From: Amphiscolops sp. MND2022
Lineage: Eukaryota
NCBI GenBank assembly: GCA_964187785.1
Contig: OZ076410.1
Coordinates: 71,920,001 to 71,984,000, forward strand
Direction of reading: 5' to 3'
Length of the DNA stretch: 64,000 bases
The notes under the pieces are model-generated. The model worked only from the letters and a program-made list of their open reading frames with translations. It searched no databases and had not been told where the DNA came from. The translations under genes and the position numbers were made by a program. Each line of letters begins with the position of its first letter. The first letter of the stretch is position 1. Shown here piece after piece: positions 34,899-47,420 of this stretch.

Positions 34899-37800
34899 GT
34901 CTTCAGAACAACATCTCGAAGTCCCTAAAGTCCCTTCCGACACATTGCTTGATTCAAATAGAGCAGAGGATAGCCTGGCTTGGCTCCCCACAGCAGCAAA
35001 CAACTCCGATGCACAAACGCCTGTTACCGGTACACTAGCAGGAATCGATCCCATCAGTCCACAGACGTTGAGAGGACGCTAAAGTTCTCTACATCAGTGG
35101 AACAACCCTCAGAGGCCCGGCCTGCGTCTCCAGCGGAGAAAGAGCGGATGGAGCAGGAAGAAGTTCCACCTAAGTCATCTGAGTCGGAACCAATTGCAGT
35201 TGTCCCCATAGAACAAAAGATTACTCAACTTCCGGACGTCCATCAGATCCAGCTTGAAACTGTTAGTGAGACTAGTGGGCAACATCAGCATGTGGATTAT
35301 TTTCCAACAGATAATAGCGAGGTTGAGGACCTCTTTGATAGTGCCGGCGCCAGCGCCCAGGCTCATCCCCAACTGGTCTTTGAGTTCATCGAGACCAGTC
35401 ATGATGCTTGCGGGGACACCAGTGATGTGGAATGCACCAAGTCTGAGCTTCCCACTGTTTCTCAACCAAGGCAACTGTCTGCTGAGGGAAGAACCCTCAT
35501 AAGGCAATGTTTCAGTGAAAATCCCCGCATAGTGTTGCCCATGGACCATCTAGTCGTGGCCTTCACTGGAAGCAAGGTCCAGAACATGCTGGGAGCTTTG
35601 GCGGACGAGTCTGTCCTATCGTCCATTAATGCAATGAGGTCGTTAGTAGCTGGAGCTACAGCTGGAGGGTTCGGTATATCAAGCAGTGGGTCCCCAAATC
35701 TAAATCCCACGTAGACGCTGTGTTTAGGTGATTAGACGGCTATGAGCGGTTACTCCACCACAGGCTATACCAGTGGAGCCCTGAGTTCCGAAGATGATTG
35801 CATCACGATGCAGACCCAAGGCCAGGTTCCGAAGCCTTCAAGAGAGGTTGCTACTTCAAGCATAACTGCAGAGTTGGTCGTCCCAGCAGTCTTTAGCCCT
35901 GGATACTGTGCCGCAGACTATCAGCTACTAGCTCAACTCTGCCAAGGTCAAACGAATAGCCCCACTGTCCCTTGTCCCCCAGGTGAAACGAAAAATAGTG
36001 TCTGGAATGACAGGAAAAAACTGAAGGAGGCATATTTCAAGGGCATAAAATCCATCAAAACTCTCGTTACTGGCCCCTTGAACCCGCTACACAATAAACA
36101 TAAGTTTTATTGCCAAATTTGTAAACCAATGTGTCGATCATGTCCAAAGGAGCATAAGGATCAACGATGGAGATACGAGCACCTGGCAAAAACCAATGAG
36201 ATCACTGGGGTGACCAGCCATGGAGTCCGAGGCAAAGATGGTCACATTTTAACACCATTGGAACTCGAGAGAGAAAAACCATTATTTATTTTGGCTCCTC
36301 TCATGGACATTGGCGATAAAAATTCCTTCTTCGATGAATTCATGGCTGGGATTGGGGCGTTCACCAACCCATCGGAAATCCGTAACTCTATGCAGATCTC
36401 CCTTGTCGGACTGTTTGTTCCATATTGTGGCAACATCCCTTTACTACAGACCCTCTGGGCCCAAGTGGGAGTGACTGCAAACCATCAAGAACTGTTCTCC
36501 CCTTTCGACTGGGGTGCAACAAAATTAACGGTAAGTTCCTCCCTCATCAGTCTGAGGACATCGTGGTGGTAATAATGTTTTCGTGTCTTCCGTTTTAAAC
36601 CACATTCCATCACATATGCTCATGTGCCATGGCAGATATCTTGAACCACGTCTCCGCAACTGGATTTTATTCCCTTAGTTTGAGAAGAAAAGGATGTTTG
36701 GCTTAGTTTATATCCGGTACTGGACGTCTACCTCATTAGTCCGAATGTACTTGTGCCGTTACAAACTCTTGTTGGAACCATCAATTTGCATCCTCAATTC
36801 AATCTCCCGAGTTCTACGTGTACTCGTTGCGAAGCCGAAGGTGGTCAGCGTGTCAGGATGCACCGTTGAAATAGTGCAAACCATGGACCGATGCACTATG
36901 TATCAACAAGGCAATCAGTATCCCTTTCGGTTAAGCATGATTTCCCTTCCTCAGCTGATGCACCGAACCGGAGGCAGCGTTTTTGGAAAGATTGACATCT
37001 TTTCACAAGTGAAATTCTTGCTGGGATAACTCAACGGCTGCCAGGAATTGCCATGGATTGCAGGGATGCCGACTCTCGTCCAGGTAAATATTCTTTCGTA
37101 TTTTGTCGACACGTTAACTGGGCCGACCTTTAGTCTTTGTTTTTATAGGCGATAACCACTTGCGATCTCCAATAACCACAATTCCTGCTATATATTCTGA
37201 GCTAATTGCGAACTGGAAAGACGTCTTGGACTTTCTAACCAAATCTGCAGCAAGCAATTCCATGCGAGGAATCCGGAATAAGCTGCTTTCTTCTTCACAT
37301 TCTCATTGACATGGTGCATTGTCCAGTAGAGTGAAACGGTGATTCAAGCTTCCTTTTCTTTTTTACTTCTCAAAATCTAGAGTGGCAAATCATAATGGAT
37401 GAGTTCTTCCCCATCAAATTAGAACTCGTTGGCAGAATCGTCCGGGACTGAGTCTTTCGTTGTTTGTACTCGTTCAAAACACGAATAAAAAGCTTTTTTT
37501 CTCTTGGCTTTGCAAACTGATTGAAGATATTTAGGTCCCTTTTCCATCGGATTTCTAGGACACATTACCGTCAACCTTGGCTCAGGACTTTGTCATTTCA
37601 GACGCCAAGAGCTTCGAGCTGAGTCTGAGTGGCTGTAGGGATGCTGGCCTTGTCACTTTCGGGCAACTGCATCATTTTGTTGAGACCTAGCCTTATTACC
37701 CAAGCACGCACTGCAAGCACTGGACTGGCTGGCTCTGCTTGAATTACGAGGCCAAACCCTGACTCAGTTTTCGAGTCGTGACTTCCTTTTCCGCTTGAAG

Positions 37801-38750
37801 TTACAATCTGACAAGATGGGGCTTGCAGAGTCAAGGCACGACGAGACCAGGGTGATGAGAAGACCATTACTTCTGCAGTTGATGCCCAAACTGAGGCCCA
37901 AAATATTTCAAGGAGAAGTTCGTCCTCAAGGCCAGAGGTTATTTTGTCTATTTATTGGATACATTGCATACCTTTGTCCAACTGAATGCCGAAATTGTCA
38001 GAGGGATGGCCATTTTTGATCCCACAGTACTGTTGGCCTTGCCCATCGAACAAGCAATGTCGTTGTTCACTGTTTTATACAACAGTTTTAACCTCCGTGG
38101 ATGGTTACCAAATTCGCCGTCGGCCGAGGCCCGTGATGAGTACTTGAGGTTCCTGGATCATTTCCCAAACTCCTATTCCGAATTAAAAAACACTTCTGAA
38201 ATATTTCTGGACATGGTGGCATTCCTTACTCCTTTGCCAGAACTGCGGGCGCGGAAACCTCTGTTCCACCTCTTCCAGCTGAGCTGTCTTTGCCTTACAG
38301 AGGAAGGTGTAGATTTACCCCCAGTCAAGTTCCAGGGAGCTAATACCGCTGATCCCAAATGTCGCCTATCAGACGTCATCGTACCTGCTCAGTCCTACTT
38401 GGCTCAAGTCCCGGATTCCGTTACTGAGTGTACCAGTGAAGCTTCTTTAGTGAAATATCATGAACTTGAAGATACGTTTTCAAGAGGTATTGTAGCTGGG
38501 GACCCGTGGTCCAATGACGACTCTTTCGAGAGGTCCCACTTCCAGAAGATACTCAGCACCGTGTTTAAGTCCTTGTAGGATATCCCCGCGCCAACTTACC
38601 AACCAACAGGGTCATCTTCTTCCAGTGCTGACGAGAAGCGCTCTGTGCGATCCCCAAATAATATTCCAAGAAGGTCTTATTTGGGGAAGTCACCATCTTC
38701 GATCAAGATGTGCCAGATAAGAACCTCAGGCAGGGTCCTCTAAACCCTAA
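34897..38750 (+). pseudogene. Decayed antisense zinc-finger/hAT-like gene of element 2, homologous to 16772-20619
   Basis: KFYCQICK..KDQRWRYEH vs GFNCSICQ..KDRRYRYDH; GNIPLLQTLWAQ vs GSQVFLRRLWNQ; GFYSLSL vs SPFSLPL. Candidate introns: 36531 (GTAAGT) and 37084-37148 (GTAAAT..TATAG). The 3' end is approximate. Confidence 0.8.
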
Positions 38751-38899
38751 TTGTACATAGAGTACATTTGTTTCTAGACTTTTTTAGTTGTATATTTAAT
38801 TGGTATTCTTAGATTTTTTAGCTTCCGTTGTATTGTTCGCCATTATGTCCTTTTGTTATTGAGTTTGTTGTATAATTCAAAAAATAGTCAGAGTAGTTC

Positions 38900-41800
38900 C
38901 ACGGAAAAGATATGCCAGTCAAAAAGGCTTTATGGGACTTTTAATTTACATATCTGACTCCTATCTGTATTCGTCAGTATAGTTGGTGGCGGGGTTACGT
39001 CCACGGTTGTACTTCCCTCCTTTAGGGCTCGGGTTTTCATCAGAATTTTCATTTCCCGTATTCCGGGCACGGTAATAACTGCGCTCCTTTTTGAAAAGGT
39101 TTCTTCCTCGTTTAATTCATTAGTGACGTCATTTTCATTTTCAGCTCCACTAGGGGATTCATTTAGTGGGGACGTCGCGTCACGGCTGCCGGCCGATCTC
39201 GGTCTTATTTTCGTTTCTTCTCATTTTCATTTCTTCTCTCGCTGCTACGTTCACTTTCTTTTACGCTGCTGCTTTCGTTTTCGGTGACGTAATTAGCTAC
39301 GTCGCCGCTCGTGACGTCGTTTGATAGGCGCGTGGCCGTGTCCGGCCAGTTATCTGTTCTCGTTTCAAATAACTCGTAGTCGAAGTCTACCTCCCATGAA
39401 ATAGTATACAAGTCGTCTTGCGGTATTACTATCTCATCAGGCTGTAGTTTTTTACCACAGTAATGGTCCTGTAAGGGCGTCTAGTCCTGTGTAATATTTG
39501 CGATTTATTGGTGTTTACCCGACGCAAAATATAATTGTCGTTTGACAAGATTTTTTGAATGACAGAAGGAGACCAATCCACCGATAGTCTCTGAATGGAA
39601 TTTTCGATGCTTGGCTGTCAGCTTTAGGGTGTAGGATGAAACAATAATCACCCTACTTGAGCGGAGGCGCTTTGGCCTTCCGGTCATAGTAGTCCTTGTA
39701 TTTCAAGTACGACTGCATGATGTTTCTCTTTGTTTGATCGATGAGGATTTGTGTCCTCAGTTTTACTTCTTCCGCAAATTCTCTAGTTGGCAAAAAGTTT
39801 TGATTAGGATTATAGCCTAATATATGGTCAAGGACATTGTGGGGAATGTGTCCATTGAATACTTTGCCTGGCTCACATCCAATACTTGAGTGGTATGTAG
39901 TATTATAGCTAAGTACAGATAATGGCAGGTATTTGTGCCATTGGTGTGATATTCCCCTGAGGCCATTTTCAAAGTTGTTTTGAGAGAGGCGTGCGTCTTT
40001 TCCAATTTGCCAATTGTTTGCGGGTGTCTGTGGTAGCGCATTTGAGTGGTATATCCAAGATTTGTGTAATTTCTGTTACAATCGTTGAAATGAATGCAGA
40101 CCCTTTGTCCGTGATGGGGGTTGTTGGCAGGTATGAATGCTTTGTCATGATATCAATTAGCACCTTGGCTACATTTGCGGCTGTTGCCTCAAATAGCGGG
40201 TGTGCGAACAAGTATCATGAAACAACATCAATCGCCGTCATCACCGTCTTGTATCCGCCACTGTTAGGTAAATTTGGCAGTACATCAATTCGCATGGCAT
40301 CTTCTGGACAATGGTCCCATTCAGGCAAATTAAGCAGTGCTGGCGTAATTGTGTTGTTCGGGACACTTTTGTCCGATGCACATAATTCGCATCCTTCTAC
40401 CCATTTTTTGTTTTGCGATCCGTGGGTAGTAATGTTTTTGGCGAATTTCCTACAGCATTTTTGATATGCCCGGGTGTTTGTGTGCCGTGCCGTGTAGGGC
40501 GAGTAATAATTCTTCCAACAAGTGTTTAGGAAGTAGTATTTGATGATATTTGACCTGTCCAGTTTCATCGTAACATTGTCTCGTGATTACCTCGTCCTTG
40601 AGGACTATGCGGTCTGAGTTGTTCAAGTAGAGTTTGTACCGTATGTCATGTTGAAGAATCTCTTCAGAAAAAGTTTCATTCTGTATTTTCGCTTCAAGTT
40701 GGAGCAGTGTGGGATCTCTAGCCTGCTCCATCAGTATTTGATTAGTTCGTCGTAGCTTCTGGGTGAAATTAGTGGTTTCATCCACATTGTTCTCAGATTT
40801 TGCGTCAAATTGTATGACGGTCTCATCGACCTTATGTCCTTCCTTGGACAATCGTTTGCGCTCCCAAGTTTGTTCCTCTGTGTCGTCTCCTTCTTCATTG
40901 AAGAATACTTGTTCCTCTTCGGACACGCCGGCCGATTGAACATTCACTTCAATGGGCCTGGTTTCGACATCCTCTCGCATTTTTGGGATTAATTTCTCAA
41001 TAGGATCCATTTCCATACGAGACAAGCAATCAGCCGCTGCGTTGTTTTTCCCTGGATTGTAGGCTATGATAAAATTGAAGTGAATCACGTAGTCACAAGC
41101 ATTCCATAGTAGCGGTTGTATAATTTTCGTCTAGAAAAACCGCGTGACCGATTTGTTATCTGTTAAAATGATTATCGGTTTAGGCGATCCCCCCAAAAAT
41201 TTGTACAAACTATTTGAATGCATAATATATGGCTAGGAATTCCTTTGCATATATTGACATTTTGAGTTGCGAAGGAGTAAAAGTCTTTGATCCATTTGCT
41301 ATGGGCGCGTAGGACTTTTTGACAGAAGTTAACTTTCGATTTGGGCGTTTTCGGTCAGGATGGCGTAACCGGCTGCCGTAAAGCTGGCGTCTGACATCAG
41401 GACCAGTTGTTTGTTCGGCCGGCAATGGTTGCTTCAAGGCTAGTTGGCTACACCTGTCGAGATCCTGATAGATTTCATTGAATTGTTGAACTAGTTCTGT
41501 TGTCACTAGGACCTTCTCATCCTTTTTAAGGAGTTGAAAGAATGGTACCAGTTTTTCGGATAGACTTGGAATATAATTTCTGAAAGAATTAAAGAAACCA
41601 AGATAACATTGCAATGCCTTCTTGTACTTCGGGAATTCTGTTTTTTTTTTCCAAGAAGTTAATGATTCTTTCTTTCGGGGATTGACACCTTCTGGGTTAT
41701 AGTTCTTCCAAAGAAATCGATTTCAGTTGCGCCGAAATGGCACTTGTGCATTGTCAGTTTTAGTCCAGCTTCTCTGATGCATTTGAAGGTCGCCCTCAAA

Positions 41801-44660
41801 CTTTTAATGAGTTGATCAGTATCGTTAGCTGCAATTCCGAGATCGTCGATATTTTGGGCGCATTGGTCTGCTTTGATAACTCGATCAAAGTATACCCTCA
41901 TGAAGCTGGATAAGGCCGATAGGGCTCTACTAAGTCCCTGAGCCAATCGTCTATATGCGATTGTTCTGCTCGCAAAGTTGAATGACAGTTTTTCAATGGA
42001 CCTCTGGTCCGTCATCGGGAGACAGTGGTAGGCTTGGGAACAGTCGAGTTCGCAGAAAAGTTTCTTTCCCGCCATATATTGCACGGCATCCGTCAGAGTA
42101 CTGACCGGGTGGTTATATTAATGTAATGATCTGAGATGAGATCTTCCTCAGGTCGAGCAGCAGTCTGAGTTTCCCGTTGAGTTTTTTCTGTGCAATTATG
42201 ATGCTGGCCTATTTAGAAAATGGCACCGTCGTAATGATGCCACATTTGTGGAGTGATGCCAGTTCGACCAGTATGTCCTCCTTTATGTTGACCGCGGTGG
42301 ACAAGCTTTGACTTTATGCTGAAGATTCATCCTTTGGTGTCAGTTTGACGGTACATTCTTCGTTCATTCCAATGTCGAATCTGTGGCGTGCAAAGATGTC
42401 ATAGAATTCTACCAAAAGTGATTCAATCTTTTTGACCTCATGCTGTTGTAGCATTGAGTCCTTCCAGTCAAAGTTGCTGAGGAACTTGCGACGATATTCT
42501 TCGTTGTCATTCGGGTTCAGCTTTCTGCTCCTTGTAAGCTGCGCAATTCCCTGAGTATTCGTTTTTGTATCGGTGTATGAGACTCTTTGTCTCCTGGGTT
42601 TCCAGGTGTCGGGAACCAAAAATGTTCGTTTTGATCATTGTTTCGATTCGCTTTAAGGAGACTGCTAATATAGTGAATAGCATCCTCTTCAATTTCATTT
42701 AGTAAATGCCAGGTAGATACTGGGTCTATTGGTCTGACATGTTTCATTTGTTAGGGAGTCATCAGTGAAAAGTTTGCGATATCAAATCCCTTTTTAAGCT
42801 TGTAAGGTTGGTCAGTGAAATTGTTGACTCGTATCCCCGTGGTCCCTTCATTGAGAGTGACTATGGTGGCGCAAAATGCTACGTCGCCTTCCTCATGCAG
42901 AAGGTCACTAGGTTAAAGTATCCCTAATACTGCGTTTTCTGCATAAATTCGAGAGTGTATTGTAATGACTGCATGGTCATTTCGTGGAACCTCCACATCT
43001 TCGGGGCTAAGCAAAGGTTAGAGTTTGAGTACTTGCGGTCCGCCATTTTCAGTTGCTTAGAAAAAACGGGGAAATTGGGGATGCCTTGGTGCATGTCCAG
43101 GACGATGTGGTTCTTTTGCAGGAACCAAAGGCCAATTATGGGGCTAGACAGTTTCTCCATTACTATAAATATTTCTTGGAATTCGATGTCTCGCACTTCC
43201 AGTTTTAACTCAACGGTGTTCTTTGGGGTTTCTAAGACTCCATTTGCAACCATTATTTGAAATGAAGGAGCAGGGCCCTCTTTCGTTATAGATTGAGGCA
43301 CTAAAAGGAGTATCCTCTCGAGGTCTGCTTCAGTTATTGCACTGGAGTGGGCCCCAGTGTCTATCAGGCCGCCTAATGTTAGTCTCCAAAGTCCATGGGG
43401 GAAATATAACATCCGTCAATCAAATTTGAGGCTCAGGTTCGTTGAGAGGGGGATATATGCTGGTTCTCCCTCCTTTGTGACCAGAACATGCAAGAAAGTC
43501 TTTTTGTCTGAGAGACTGTTTGTGGCCTTGTATCTTTGTTGCTCTTGGTATTCCTCAATACTTTCTTTGTGAATCGCTTCTGAATTTGTCTGCCACAGTT
43601 CTATGAGGGCCCTGGACAATTTGGTATAAAGAATCGCAGGGTCTTCCTCATCGTCCGTTGGGGATAATCGTCATATCTGAAATGCAAGATTTCTTTATCA
43701 TATAATTCATCGTCCCAATACGGATCTTTTCCGTTCCCAGGTCAATGAACTGAGGGTTATAATCTACGATCAATTGCAAGGGGCGGAATTGAATCTCAAA
43801 ATCTTTGGTATAATCCATGTCTTAGTAACAGTCTGGTCGATGGGATGTACTACTTTGTAAATTTTGATCTAGGCTTTTTCCATCTGTTGCTGCCAGACAA
43901 CCGACGGGGTGCCGTTGGTGTCTTTATAATATTGGCGAAAGGATCTCATTGGAGGGTCTGATATGACATATTGTCGAACCGACAAATAGTTATGTATTTG
44001 GAGTCGTGGCGAAATCAGTTTTTTGACTCAGGCTTTTTAGAAGTTGATTGTCTTGAGGATGAAGTTTCGTTGTTGTTAGACGTCATGGATTTTTGTGAGT
44101 TCGAGCTCTCGTTCAAGATGAGCTACAATCTCTTCATATGTCCCATTCTCCAAACGGGCCATGTTCACAGATCTTTTCAGCTTTGGTGGTAGTTTGGCGT
44201 ACAGCAAATTGTCAACCATGCTTTTTGCGTTTTAACCAAAGGTTTTCTCGGAGCCTTGGTTCAATTCTTCTAGGAACTCAGTCAATTTCATCGTAATAGA
44301 GTCGAAAATGAGCCTATGTCATTTAGGTTTTGCTGTAACTTGGGAGTCCTGTTTTTCCTGTTTTCACTGGAATATGACTAGCACGTTTTCAAGTGTTTGA
44401 CAGTTGATGGTGTTTATGTTCCGGAATGTCTGCAGCGTACCCTTTCGCAGCAAAGGATGAAAATGGTTAATTTTCATTTGCTCGGTCATCATGGGTTGCA
44501 TTTTGATCATCGTATGGAACAAGTCCTCAAAGAGCTCGAATTTTTCGCTCTTGCCGTCAAATGTCATAGGGGTGGTTGTAACTGGTCTAATCGTCATTGA
44601 GTGTGGTTTGTTCTGGAGATTGACCAGAACATCAGCCAATCTTGTTTGTTTGTGGTAATA
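38900..44660 (-). pseudogene. pol: Fragmented gag-pol of element 2
   Basis: gag core (TFDGKSEKFELFEDLF), TCA AAA AAC TGA at 44024-44015, PR LIDTGA, RT LDCSQAYH/NIDD, RH and INT pieces, with many stops and frameshifts. Confidence 0.92.
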
Positions 44661-44662
44661 AT

Positions 44663-45617
44663 TGTTGTCCCGGACCGCAGTTCCTGAGTTATATAATAAA
44701 AATTGCATGACACGCAAGAATGTTATTATCATGATCTAAAACTAGCTAATAACTATTCTCAAAATAGCAGCAACTTTTTATAGATACATTGACGTTCTGA
44801 CCTCTAGGCCACATCAAAGGCGTTATACCGCCATCTCTATATAACACAGCATTCATTCCTAAGGGACAACTAAATCTACAGGGACATGACTGTAATATTA
44901 CATACAACAAACACGTACCGATTTCACGCTTAGATAGTTACATGTCTAAGTCTATGCAAAGGCGTTGAAGTATGGTCGGTATGGCGTTGGGGGGGGGGCG
45001 AGTAATAGAAGCATACAATCAGTATACAATAAATTGCTCTTCGAACCAAGGTTATTACTGCAACTATTATTCTATAACCGAATTCGGACTCAGTGTCCTA
45101 TTGCGTTGATTAACTCACTAATATTGGCAAGCTAACAGCACATGGCCACCGCGTCCATTACTTGAAAGCACAGTACCAAAGCACTTAGACAAACACTGCA
45201 CGATTGATTGAAATCACTGAGTGGTTGGTTGAAATATAATGCGGACTGCGTGTCAAAAGCGACAGCAGAGGAAAAATTTGAACACGTTTCCTCTACCTGT
45301 ACGCCTTAGTGTTCAATTACTAACAGCATATTACTCAATTACTTGCAACGTGTAATTTATCAACAATACATCAACTAAATACAAGCCAAATTCGCACTAA
45401 AAAAACGGTAAATATACTCCCATGTCCGGTTATTAGACCAATATTACTGAATACTTTAATGAACTAACAAGTATAAAAGTAAAGTACTAATTTATAGTTT
45501 GTTGCCAAAAGCCCTCGATGGTTTTCCTTCAGTTCAAGGGAAGAGTACCGGAGAGAGATTGGTGATGGATGTATCTGATGGAGTAATAATTTCCATCGCA
45601 GGCGGCAGCCTGTGACA
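44663..45617 (-). repeat. 5' LTR of element 2, truncated by a deletion removing U5, PBS and the gag start
   Basis: Homologous to 30936-31876. Joins directly to the gag core with no PBS. Confidence 0.85.
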
Positions 45618-45622
45618 CAGTA

Positions 45623-46080
45623 GTAAAAAAAAACTTCAAACAAACTATATTGCCAACAGGCGTCGCCGGGAACGTTATTATTAATGCTTTTGCGTTTATC
45701 AGAGAAATTTGCGACCGATATTTGCAAAACAAACCATTCCAGCTTGGGCCCGAGTGTGATTGTGCATGCTGATGAAAGTTGTTTTACACATAATTCTACA
45801 CATCATCGTGGACGATGCCCACAAAGAAGGGAATGGATTGTGGATACAAGCACTAGCCCGGCTACAGGCTACATGGAAATGGTCGATTTGAAGGATGCTG
45901 AAACCGTATTTTCAAATATGAATTCAGTTGTTGAGCCAGGATCGTAGTTCATACCGATGAATGGCGGGCTTACTGAGGGATTACGCGGATGTGTTTGGAG
46001 CACAAAGTTGTCAATCTTTCGGTTAAATTTGATTTTGTGGAGCCTGAGAGTGCAATTCATACCCAGCATATTGAGTCCGA
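45623..46080 (+). pseudogene. Merlin transposase DDE domain (C-terminal piece)
   Basis: FIREICDRYL, VHADESCF, HRGR..REW, VHTDEWRAY and IHTQHIES motifs of the DDE_Tnp_IS1595 type. Confidence 0.85.
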
Positions 46081-46662
46081 CCGGTATCGATAAAACACCA
46101 TCATCAAAAGAATGCTCGGATCTCATCAAAGAATGCTTCACTGGTATTCACAAGAACTTATGCGGAGAGATCGATTTGATCACAACCCAGATGCTTTCAT
46201 TAAATCATCATGTTAACAACCGCTTTAGCAAAATCGGGAGAGTTCGTCTTCGAACAAACAAGAAATCGTTTTCATAAAAACTGTCTCTCAGTGACACAGA
46301 CAAGCTGTCTTCCTTCTTCACTGAAAGTTCAATGGAAAAAGCAATGTTCCAATCAAATCACGATATACTGTGAGAGTATAAATCAAAAACTGTTTGCCAG
46401 CTGTGTTTTCGAATTGTGCCTTTCTTCATGTTTGCAAGATCAGTTATTCCGCCTCAGAATTGTCGGAAAAAGTTAGTTGTATTTTAGCATCTATGAGAGC
46501 AGCGCCAAATACTTCGAAATTATTTAGATACAGTAAAACATTCCCAGCTGGTGTTTGTTTTCAGAAAGTAGTGACCAGAAATGCTTTCTTTTCGGGCCAA
46601 AAGTTCAATTTCCCCCGGTTACACCTTTTTGCGGATCTCCTCAACACCAAAACAACTTTTTC

Positions 46663-46862
46663 NNNNNNNNNNNNNNNNNNNNNNNNNNNNNNNNNNNNNN
46701 NNNNNNNNNNNNNNNNNNNNNNNNNNNNNNNNNNNNNNNNNNNNNNNNNNNNNNNNNNNNNNNNNNNNNNNNNNNNNNNNNNNNNNNNNNNNNNNNNNNN
46801 NNNNNNNNNNNNNNNNNNNNNNNNNNNNNNNNNNNNNNNNNNNNNNNNNNNNNNNNNNNNNN
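46663..46862. other. Assembly gap (200 N)
   Basis: Run of N. Confidence 1.
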
Positions 46863-46974
46863 AAGAAGCAAAAATTTCGTTTTGCTGCTGGAGGCTTTGA
46901 TTCGCTATTTTTTCAGGCATGCGTCAATTTTTTTGCAATCTTCTTGCATTGTCAGATTTAGTGCTTCCGTGGTC

Positions 46975-47420
46975 TAGGCTGCTGTTACAAGTGTAGCGTC
47001 ATCTGCGTATTTAAATGGTTTACCGACATAGTTGTTGAACATGTCTGCGCTGAAAAATTTGAATAACAGCGGTGACAGCACACTGCCTTGTGGCAGACCC
47101 GCTTTTGGCGTGGGGAAATTTCGGATTTCTCATCATCGATCTTCATGATTACTTTTCGTTCGTGTAGGAAACTTTTAATGATTTCAAAGAACCTCCCAAA
47201 CACGCCGGCATTCTTTAATTTATCCAACAACCCCTCTAACCATATCAAATCGAAAGCTTTCTCCAGATCTATGAAAAGTGCGATTGTGCGACTTCAAGTA
47301 GTCGATTGGTCTGTAAATGTAAGGACCCGTGCTCCTTTTTTCCTGAAACCTTCTTGTTCATCATCGAGCAGCATTTCCAAATGTTTTCCTTATCGACTCT
47401 CTGGTACTCTTTTGAACAGC
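46975..47420 (-). pseudogene. Non-LTR retrotransposon RT fragment (I/Jockey-group-like)
   Basis: EQEGFRK, FIDLEKAFDLIW, GSVLSPLLF and KYADD, frameshifted. Confidence 0.8.

Larger units (their letters stand above)
30418..45617 (-). mobile_element. Ty3/Gypsy LTR retrotransposon, element 2 (15,200 bp, old and decayed)
   Basis: TGT/ACA ends, 5-bp TSD CAGTA at 30413-30417 and 45618-45622, related LTRs at both ends (roughly 80-85% identity by eye), fragmented gag-pol. Confidence 0.92.

Noticed and set aside
46394-46977. ORFs spanning the N run
   Set aside because: Artefacts of translating the assembly gap.
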